Source: an uncultured Verrucomicrobiales bacterium (GTDB lineage Bacteria > Verrucomicrobiota > Verrucomicrobiia > Verrucomicrobiales > Akkermansiaceae). Taken from it: a DNA stretch of 64,000 nucleotides. The notes beneath the pieces are model-generated. The model had not been told where the DNA came from and ran no database searches. It was given only the letters and a program-made list of their open reading frames with translations. The first letter of the stretch is position 1; each line of letters begins with the position of its first letter. Both the position numbers and the translations under genes were made by a program. Below are positions 1 to 7,397 of the stretch, piece after piece. The stretch spans positions 8,699 through 72,698 of the forward strand of contig CASIAV010000031.1 of NCBI GenBank assembly GCA_949372665.1, read 5' to 3'.

Positions 1-244
1 TCACGAGACCGGAGGGGGAGACAGTAATGATATTGGGTGGATCGCTGGTGTAGGTGGCGGTGTGAGTGAGGTCGGTTGTTGTTTGACCGGGAGATTGCGA
101 TTCCTGAGTGAGGACAAGTTGGTGGGTATCGTGTAGGTGTTCTAGGGTAATAGGTGAGGAGTTTTCGAAAGCGAGATTTGAAGACTGGGCAGACGCACAA
201 GAAAGAAAGAGGGCGAATGCCGCGATGATGGGGAGCTTGGGCAT
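1..244 (-). CDS. Secreted/lipoprotein-like protein, 5' part only (runs off the window), with a bacterial Ig-like (Big_2-type) segment
   Basis: ATG at 244-242. It is absent from the ORF track because there is no stop in the window. My translation is MPKLPIIAAFALFLSCASAQSS...LTHTATYTSDPPNIITVSPSGLV. It has a hydrophobic leader with an LSC lipobox-like motif. The TYTSxxPxxxTVSxSGLV pattern is typical of Big_2 domains. Confidence 0.5.
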   Translation of the reverse strand, partial: MPKLPIIAAFALFLSCASAQSSNLAFENSSPITLEHLHDTHQLVLTQESQSPGQTTTDLTHTATYTSDPPNIITVSPSGLV

Positions 245-266
245 GGGCGCTGGTGGTGCGTGAAAC

Positions 267-1616
267 TTATCCGACAAGTTCCTTCATAGGAGCGTGTTGG
301 GAATCAACAAGGAAACGGGGGCGACCTGTAAGATCGTCGATCGTGGTGCGGCGGGCATCGATGCCAAGATTATGGTAAAGAGTCGAAAAGACTTCCTGGA
401 ATTCGACAGGTCGGTCATCGGCTTCTCCGCCATCACGAGTCGTGGATCCAATGACTTGCCCGTGGGTCATGCCTCCGCCGGCAAGGAGAGCCGTTGAGAC
501 TTTCGGCCAGTGATCACGCCCGCCTTTGTCGTTGATTTTTGGAGTGCGTCCGAATTCGCCCCAGACGACAACTGAGACATCGTCGGAGAGACCGCGGTCG
601 TGGAGGTCCTGGACGAGCGCGGTGATGCCTTGGTCGAGGAGAGGGAAATCAGTACGCGCACGACCGAAGTTGTTGCCATGCCAGTCCCATCGAGAGAAGC
701 CTAGGGTGACGCAGCGGGCTCCGGCTTCGACGAGTCGACGGGCCATCAGGAACTGATCGAGCCGCTTCCAAGGCCCATCTGCAGTGAGTTTCTCGGTTCC
801 TTTTCCATAGCGCTCGACCATCTTGGGGTCTTCCTTGGAAAGATCAAAAGCCTCGGCGAGCCTTGAGGAAGTGAGAACCCCGAAAGCTTGTTCGGTGAAA
901 GTGTCCATCCCTGTCATGGCACCAGAGGAGTCGACATCTCGCCGGAAGTTGTCGAAGGATTTTAAGAGAGCTTTGCGGTCCGCAAGTCGTTCGATGGAGA
1001 TATCTTTAAGGATCATATCATCCTTTCCGCCTCCGCGGAACGGCGCGAAGGCTGCGTGGGAAGGCCCAAGGAAGCCTGGCTTACCTGGGTCGCCCCATTG
1101 GTCGTGTCCGCATTTTGGCGAGAGGCCGAGAAATGAGGGGACTCCTGGAGTGACTTGGCCCTGAAGCTTGGAGAGGACAGCGCCGATCGAAGGCCAACCG
1201 CCAGAGGGTTGAGGGCCCTGAAGTTTTCGACCGGTCAGGCACTGGACTGCGTCGTGTCCTCCACCGGCCCCAACCATCGAACGGATGACGGAAAATTTGT
1301 CCATCATACCAGCCATTTTTGGGAAGAGTTCTCCAATTTGGATGCCTGGGACGTTAGTGGAGATAGGATTAAATTCGCCACGAATACCGGAGGGAGCTTC
1401 AGTTTTAATGTCCCACATGTCTTGGTGTGGCGGGCCGCCAGCGAGGAAAACCATGATGACCGCCTTGTGTTCTAGCTTTTTAGGCGTGGTCGCTTCGGCT
1501 TGGAGCAGTTGAGGAAGGGAGGCTCCGCCGAGACCAAGACCCCCGATTCGTAAGAAGCCACGGCGGGTCATGCCGTCGCAGAAAGCTTCGCCTTTGGATC
1601 CGGATATTGTGAGCAT
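267..1616 (-). CDS. DUF1501 domain protein (alkaline-phosphatase/sulfatase-like superfamily), Tat-signal
   Basis: 449-aa ORF with RR leader [16 protein letters not shown] (alternative start at 1571). It has the motifs [13 protein letters not shown] and WGEFGRTP...GRDHWP, shared with the four other DUF1501 paralogs in this window. Confidence 0.85.
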   Translation of the reverse strand: MLTISGSKGEAFCDGMTRRGFLRIGGLGLGGASLPQLLQAEATTPKKLEHKAVIMVFLAGGPPHQDMWDIKTEAPSGIRGEFNPISTNVPGIQIGELFPKMAGMMDKFSVIRSMVGAGGGHDAVQCLTGRKLQGPQPSGGWPSIGAVLSKLQGQVTPGVPSFLGLSPKCGHDQWGDPGKPGFLGPSHAAFAPFRGGGKDDMILKDISIERLADRKALLKSFDNFRRDVDSSGAMTGMDTFTEQAFGVLTSSRLAEAFDLSKEDPKMVERYGKGTEKLTADGPWKRLDQFLMARRLVEAGARCVTLGFSRWDWHGNNFGRARTDFPLLDQGITALVQDLHDRGLSDDVSVVVWGEFGRTPKINDKGGRDHWPKVSTALLAGGGMTHGQVIGSTTRDGGEADDRPVEFQEVFSTLYHNLGIDARRTTIDDLTGRPRFLVDSQHAPMKELVG

Positions 1617-1676
1617 AGTACGTTTCTAAGGTATTGTTCTTCCTACGTAAAAGAGTTGAGAGATCTTTCTGGATGA

Positions 1677-2045
1677 GTTTTTTGGCTTCTTGGCCATCGT
1701 AAGAACAGGTGTTTACGACTAGGACGGGGAAGTGAGATCCACTTTACCAAGCCTCCCAGGAAGGCAGCCATGGCAAAATCAGTTCAAGTGAAGTCATGGT
1801 TTTACACCAACACCGCGGAGTATGGTTCTCCCGAGCACGACGTTCGTGAAGACTCTGTCGCTTCCACTGAACTTTCCGATGATGGTCTGACCCTGGGTGT
1901 AAAATTAAAGGGGTTTGGCAAAGGGGATTGCTGGCTGGACCGAATTTATCAGATCACTTTCCCGAAGACAGAAGATGCCTTTGGAAAACACTCAGCTTGG
2001 GAAAGGCTTCAGGCCTTCTTCACCTTGCGTGCGATTCCGAAGTGA
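1677..2045 (+). pseudogene. 3' remnant of a beta-propeller dehydrogenase-like gene, paralogous to the C-terminus of 45932-47482
   Basis: The 91-aa ORF 1770-2045 plus the open frame upstream to the stop at 1674-1676 reads GSEIHFTKPPRKAAMAKSVQVKSWFYTNTAEYGSPEH...AWERLQAFFTLRAIPK. This aligns by eye with GFELVFTEPLHPDSLTPESLKVSSFTYQYSSRYGGDEI...AWYTLNRIPSD at the C-terminus of the 516-aa protein. There is no N-terminal propeller part and no signal peptide. Confidence 0.55.
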
Positions 2046-2721
2046 TGTTAAAGCGCACCTCGCTGAGTCCCACGAAGTTATCGTCCCCACCATGATTTGA
2101 CTTGATGTTAAATCTCACCAAGCGTGCATCACCTGTCTCCGGAAAAGAGGAAAGATCAATGATTTGACCAAAGTTCTGATTTGCTACACCGGGCGCGATA
2201 GTAAAATTGAAGTCCCCGATCGAGGTGAATTCGCCCCCTTCGCTTGTTGCGATTAAGATTTCGACGTCGTTGGCCCCACGGTTCACAAGATCTGGACGCG
2301 CAGTTTCATTGTAGTTCCAAACAGTAACTGAATGAAGCGCCGTGTTTATTCCTAAATCGAAAGTGATTACGGCTCCTGGAGCATTCGGATCGTTGGGAGC
2401 ATCCGGGCCGGGTGGACTGTAGGTTCCACTGTTGAGCCACATGCCGCCACCTCGGTTCCCATCTGGAATGACGTTGTGTTCTCCGAGAGCTTCATCGAAT
2501 CCACTTCCATCGAGCACACGAATTGCGCCGCGATCGAAATTACTAAAGAGCACGCCGAAATTACCAACGAGCTCGCTGGAAACATCTTTGATGGTCACTC
2601 CCGTGAGAACGGTTCTTCGGGGCGCAGCGGGAGGGAGTTTGTTAAGAAAGTGATCGCGACGGAGCGGGGTCATCTGCCATTTTCCTGTCGAGTCGGCGAC
2701 GCGGGCCTGTCCACCAATCAA
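2020..2721 (-). CDS. F5/8 type C (discoidin / galactose-binding-like) domain protein, no signal peptide, possibly truncated
   Basis: 233-aa ORF with VSSELV...RGAIRVLDGSG near the N-terminus and NFVGLSEVRF at the C-terminus, typical of discoidin domains. The track start is TTG, directly preceded by an in-frame TGA. The first in-frame ATG is at 2673. The 3' end overlaps the remnant at 1677-2045 by 26 nt. Confidence 0.5.
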   Translation of the reverse strand: MIGGQARVADSTGKWQMTPLRRDHFLNKLPPAAPRRTVLTGVTIKDVSSELVGNFGVLFSNFDRGAIRVLDGSGFDEALGEHNVIPDGNRGGGMWLNSGTYSPPGPDAPNDPNAPGAVITFDLGINTALHSVTVWNYNETARPDLVNRGANDVEILIATSEGGEFTSIGDFNFTIAPGVANQNFGQIIDLSSFPETGDARLVRFNIKSNHGGDDNFVGLSEVRFNITSESHAR

Positions 2722-3057
2722 TCATTCGCGTTGTCCTCGGAGTTGAGCGGCACTGACCCTAATAAGCTGAACAACGAGCTTTCAGGATTCACAGATCAAC
2801 GACCTAATTTCGGATTGAAGTGGCTTTATTTAGTGGTCTCCCAATCTCGATTGTTTGAAATAAGCTTTCACACCAGAGAAATTGAAGGAGGAGTCCAAGA
2901 ATTACGATGTGGATCTTAAGAACGCCCCCCCCCTGCATCTATGGGAACAACACACACACACGCACTAAACCACAGAACAGGGAGGAGCTTGCACTCCAGA
3001 GAAAATCATTAAAGTAAAGATAACTTGGGGGGGGCTCTGCATCGGGAACAAGGTAAT

Positions 3058-4116
3058 CTAAAAACAGATTCCTTGCTTATGTTCGGTTGACAATCTCTTG
3101 CTTTGAATTGCCTTCAATCTTTTGCGTTTTATGCTGATGGGGGATCCGATTTGATATTTTTCTTCCGAAGCTACTTCTACAATTACGGGAGTCAGATTAT
3201 TTTGAATTTTCACATAGACCATCTGAGTCTTCCCAAAAAATTCAATCTCGTGGATTATGCCGGAGGTAAAGCCTCCATGGCTTTCTTCAACGAGCTCGAG
3301 TTCATTAGCCCGTAGCCAATTGGGAAAATTAGAAGAGGGAAGCTGGTTAATTTGGTCAAAGAGCGAGGCGGCTACCGGTGATACAGGGTTTCTCCAAAGA
3401 TTACGTGGGGTGTCACATTGGATAATGGTTCCAGAATCCATTACTGCGATAGAGTCTCCAGTGGAAAGGGCGTCTTCAGGATGATGGGTGACGAAAATAG
3501 TCGTTGTTTTCTCTTTTCGAAGAATGTCAGCTGTAAGTCGTCGCAGGGATTGGCGAAGATTTGAGTCGAGGTTACTGAAAGGCTCATCTAGGAGCAGAAG
3601 AGGAGGTCGTGGTGCAAGAGCTCGGGCTAGTGCGATACGCTGTTTTTCTCCGCCTGAAAGTTCATGAGGAAAGCGCTTTTCAAAATTAGGAAGGCCGATT
3701 GCTTCAAGTAGTTCTTTGCAACGAGTTTTTCGGTCTGCACGGCGCCAATTTGTCAATCCATATCCTAGATTTTGAAACACGTTAAGATGCGGAAAGAGGT
3801 CGCCGCTTTGGGAAACCAAACCGATTTTCCGCCGATCGGGGCGGACGAATTTGGCTGAACTGCAGAGAACTTGACCCCCAAGTTTTATTGTCCCACTTGC
3901 TGGGGACTCAAGGCCACATAGGGCGCGTAGAAGAGTTGATTTACCGCTACCGCTGGCCCCTACAATGCTTAAGATTGAAGATGCGGCTACATTTAAAGTA
4001 ACTTTTTGAAGGGCCGGCTCCTTACTGTCAGGATAAGAAACCGAGAGATTCTCAACAGCTAGGGAATTGGGAGAGGTCATCATCTTATTTCGTTTTGGAA
4101 AGCTTACGCCAACCAT
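3058..4116 (-). CDS. fbpC: Fe(III)-type ABC transporter ATP-binding protein
   Basis: Walker A GASGSGKST, ABC signature LSGGEKQRIALARAL, Walker B LLLLDEPFSNLD and H-loop FVTHH, plus a C-terminal extension of about 100 aa. It is the last gene of an SBP-permease-ATPase operon. Confidence 0.85.
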   Translation of the reverse strand: MVGVSFPKRNKMMTSPNSLAVENLSVSYPDSKEPALQKVTLNVAASSILSIVGASGSGKSTLLRALCGLESPASGTIKLGGQVLCSSAKFVRPDRRKIGLVSQSGDLFPHLNVFQNLGYGLTNWRRADRKTRCKELLEAIGLPNFEKRFPHELSGGEKQRIALARALAPRPPLLLLDEPFSNLDSNLRQSLRRLTADILRKEKTTTIFVTHHPEDALSTGDSIAVMDSGTIIQCDTPRNLWRNPVSPVAASLFDQINQLPSSNFPNWLRANELELVEESHGGFTSGIIHEIEFFGKTQMVYVKIQNNLTPVIVEVASEEKYQIGSPISIKRKRLKAIQSKRLSTEHKQGICF

Positions 4117-5756
4117 TTAATTCTACGATAATCAGCCCAAGCATACTAACCGAAATCAAAAATAGAGAGGGTATCGCACAAGCGTAAATTGCACCTTGAT
4201 CGACCTTGCTATAAGTAAGAGTGCTAAGAGTTTCAAAATCAAAAGGACGCAGAAGTAAGCAAAGTGGCAACTCTTTGCAGACATCAACGAATACAAGTGT
4301 TGCACCTCCCAAGATGCTGGGCTTTAGGAGTGGAAGGTTGATTCTAAAAAACGTTTCGGTAGGTGTTTTGCCGAGACTAAAAGAGGCTTTGATCAAGGCT
4401 CTTATTCTGTCGAGCTAACCCTTGTTGAACCATCTGGGAGCCTATGGAAAAATAGCGGGTAACGATTGCAAAAAGCAGCCATATAAAACCGCTCGGGACG
4501 AGGAGCCTTCCTATCCAACTTTCTGAGGGGAATTGGTTTCCTAGAGCGACCGCAAAGCCCATGACACCGAGAGCGATGACAGTTCCTGGACAAGCGTAAC
4601 CAGCCACGGTCGAGAACTTAGAGATGACACGCAAAATTGGATTTGTAGAAAAACGAGCGGCTCCGATAATTATTAGGGCAGTTGCAAGACAAATTACCGT
4701 TGAGCTGAGTGCGAGAATGAGAGTGTGGCGACTTGCAGTGATGATTTCTTCCCAATCAATTTGATCGTAGATACTCGAAGATTTTAGGAGCCAGTCGATG
4801 AGCCCAAAGAGTGGTAGAATAAGGCCAAGTGAGATGGGAACTAAACAAGAAAGGTAGCAAGCTATGCGAGTGATTATCGAAGAAGGAGAGCCGAAAGATT
4901 TAGCGCCTTCAGGGTGAAGGCTACGAAGAGCACGCCCACGATGCCAATGTTCCAAAGCAACGAGAAAGAAGACACTTATGAGAATCCAACTGGCTAGTTT
5001 TTTAGCAGTTTCGATCTGATCCATCCCAAACCAAGTTGTGAAAAGGGTAACGGTCAAAGTATTGAAACCAAAGTGTTTCACCGCCCCGTAATCATTGATT
5101 ACCTCCATTGCAACCAGGAAGATCCCTGCGGCAAGGGCAGGACGAGCGAGCGGAAGTTGGATTGAACTAAAAACTCGCCAAGGAGAACGTCCAAGCATCC
5201 GACCCGCTTCTCCCATGATAATTCCGCTTCCGGCAAAAGCGCTTCGACCAGCAAGAAACACGTAGGGATATAGGAGTGACCCAAAAAGTAAAATGAGACA
5301 GCCATAACGCAGATGCTCCTCCCACCAGAGAAAGGATTCAACTCCTTCTTCCCTGCGAATTTTAATGAGGAAAGGGATCAATTTCTCCCTTAGGTCACTC
5401 GAGATGATTGCCGCTATAAATGGAGGAATTGCAAGAGGTAAGACGAGTGCGATGGAAAGAAGCCGTTTCCCAGGAAAATCAAAGTTTTCGATAAACCAGG
5501 CTGCTGGGATGCCAAGTAAGGAGGCCACAACGCAGGAACCAATAACAAGGATGATTGTTTCTTTGATGGCATCCTTGAGAAGAAAGCTGCTGATTTGTTG
5601 CCAAGCTTCCGTTGAGTCCGGAGACAAGCTACTAAATAACGATAAAAGTATTACTAAGACGGGAGCCAATAAAGTCAGCCCAAGCGCCCAAGCTAAAAAT
5701 TTCCATAATCGGAGCCCCCATGTATCTGAATGAAAGGGTTTTTTCTTGAAGAACAT
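4085..5756 (-). pseudogene. fbpB: Fe(III) ABC transporter permease (two-domain FbpB type) interrupted by an apparent 1-nt frameshift
   Basis: The 459-aa ORF (4377-5756, many TM helices) ends at ...QQGLARQNKSLDQSLF*. The overlapping 103-aa ORF (4085-4396) carries the second EAA-loop motif, LDRIRALIKASFSLGKTPTETFFRINLPLLKP. The second frame is open only from the TAG at about 4415-4417. Removing the A in GGGTTAGCTCGAC (about 4416) would give one continuous protein of about 560 aa. Confidence 0.7.
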
Positions 5757-5776
5757 CTATTCGAAGTTTTAGACGA

Positions 5777-6058
5777 TCAGCGCCACCCCTCTCTTTCAGC
5801 ATTTCTCTCCAGATCACTGGTTAGGAAAAGTGATTTTTCTGATGGAAAGCTTTTCGGATCCTCAGAAATCTTGACGGAGAACCTGTCGGTCGACTGGATT
5901 TGGGTTGCGCCACTTGATTCCTTTGAGGAGTGCTTTGCTAAAAAATATAAAAGTAAAATGAAGAGAGGTATTAGTAGAAGTAGCCCGAGCGTCCAAGCAA
6001 GAAAGTGCCAAAGGCAGGGGCCAATTTTGCCAGTTGCTTTCTCTTTAATGAGGCACAT
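5777..6058 (-). pseudogene. Diverged duplicate of the 5' end of the fbpB permease gene (single TM helix)
   Basis: The 93-aa ORF segment GPCLWHFLAWTLGLLLLIPLFILLLYFLAKHSSKESSGATQI aligns with GLRLWKFLAWALGLTLLAPVLVILLSLFSSLSPDSTEAWQQI at the N-terminus of the permease ORF, which starts 20 nt downstream. Confidence 0.5.
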
Positions 6059-6088
6059 TTAATACCAGGAATTGATGAATCTAAGCGG

Positions 6089-7105
6089 TTACTTCCATCC
6101 CACCATATTGAAAATTTTCTGGGCTTCTTGGTCGTAGATCCCGAGGTCGTGAATTGATTCAAGATCTGGATTAATTTCACCCCAAGCTTTTTGTAATGGC
6201 TCATGTTCAACCTTGGTGGATACGGCGTATTCGGAAGTGAGTCGTTGATATTTTTTTTGGACTTTTTCTGAGACAAGGTATTCCAAAAGCTTACGAGCAT
6301 TACTGGAGTTCTTGGCACCCTTAATAATTCCACCTCCGCTGATGTTGACGTGTGTTCCACGATCTCCTGATGTTGGTAAGACCACTCCTACGGCAGCGTG
6401 CGCGTCACGGTCCTCCTGGCTTTCCCCATTTTTTAGAAGTCCGAGGTAGTAGGTGTTGACAATAGCATAGTCTGCGATGCCTTTTGCGACGGCGCGAACT
6501 TGGTCACGATCATTTCCTTGAGGCGGTCGGGCGAAATTATTTTTCATCCCGGTAGCCCATTGTATAGCCTTCGCTTTTCCTTGGATTGCTATGATAGAGG
6601 CGAGGAGGGAACGGTTGTATTTACTCGTTGAGGAACGAATCAGAAGGTTACCTCGATACTCTGGTGAAGCGAGATCTTGATAACTTTTCGGGAGTTGTCC
6701 TTTAACCCGGTCCTTAGCATAGACAAGGATTCGCCCTCTCATCGTAAAAGCGGCCCAAGTATCTTGCTTCCCCCGAAGCGCCTGAGGCACTGCAGCATTA
6801 ATAAGTTCACTTTTAAGTGGAGCTAGGAGACCAGCTTTTGATGCTTTTGTGAGGCTTGCAGCATCGGAAGTGATATAGAGATCAGCTTGTGGAGAATTCT
6901 TCTCTGATTTGAGCCTAGCAATAAGTTCGTTGGCACCGGCTTTGACGACTTTAACTTCAATACCAGTTTTATCCGTGAATTCAGAAAATACTTCTTTGTC
7001 TGCGTCGTAATGGCGCTCGGAATATAATCGAACTTCTTCAGCTTGCGCTAGGAAGCCTACGAAGAAAGCGATTGCTGCTATAGGTGAAGAAAATCGTGTT
7101 TTCAT
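6089..7105 (-). CDS. fbpA: Fe(III) ABC transporter periplasmic substrate-binding protein (FbpA/AfuA/FutA type)
   Basis: 338 aa with signal peptide MKTRFSSPIAAIAFFVGFLAQA. It has the family-typical RLYSERHYDADKEVFSEFTDKTGIEVKVV and a tandem tyrosine pair in YAIVNTYYLG (iron ligands in FbpA-type proteins). It is the first gene of the operon. Confidence 0.8.
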   Translation of the reverse strand: MKTRFSSPIAAIAFFVGFLAQAEEVRLYSERHYDADKEVFSEFTDKTGIEVKVVKAGANELIARLKSEKNSPQADLYITSDAASLTKASKAGLLAPLKSELINAAVPQALRGKQDTWAAFTMRGRILVYAKDRVKGQLPKSYQDLASPEYRGNLLIRSSTSKYNRSLLASIIAIQGKAKAIQWATGMKNNFARPPQGNDRDQVRAVAKGIADYAIVNTYYLGLLKNGESQEDRDAHAAVGVVLPTSGDRGTHVNISGGGIIKGAKNSSNARKLLEYLVSEKVQKKYQRLTSEYAVSTKVEHEPLQKAWGEINPDLESIHDLGIYDQEAQKIFNMVGWK

Positions 7106-7270
7106 TTAGTTAGTAACTTGAACAATTTCAGTGGATATGCTTCTGGTCGCTTGTGACATTTTAGCGCTTGAATAAGCTTTTGGTAAAATTTAGGCCAAAT
7201 CAGTTTAAGAGCCAGATTATCGATTTTCTTTTGTTTGGGTGGCTTTAGCAGTTAGTCCTTAATCTTTGAG

Positions 7271-7284
7271 GATTATTAATAATC
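7271..7284. promoter_or_regulatory. Perfect 14-bp AT-rich palindrome GATTATTAATAATC, a candidate Fur-box-like operator
   Basis: The sequence is its own reverse complement. It lies in the AT-rich divergent intergenic region, 166 nt upstream of fbpA and 114 nt upstream of the 7398 gene. It resembles the GATAAT/ATTATC hexamers of Fur boxes. Confidence 0.35.
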
Positions 7285-7397
7285 TCGCCCTATTTTCTAA
7301 TTTGGATCTGATATCAGGGGATATCTTTATTGGCTTAAAGAGTGGGAAGATGAAAATCCTTTTGCTAGTCCTGATTTTGGAGAGATTTGATCGAAAG

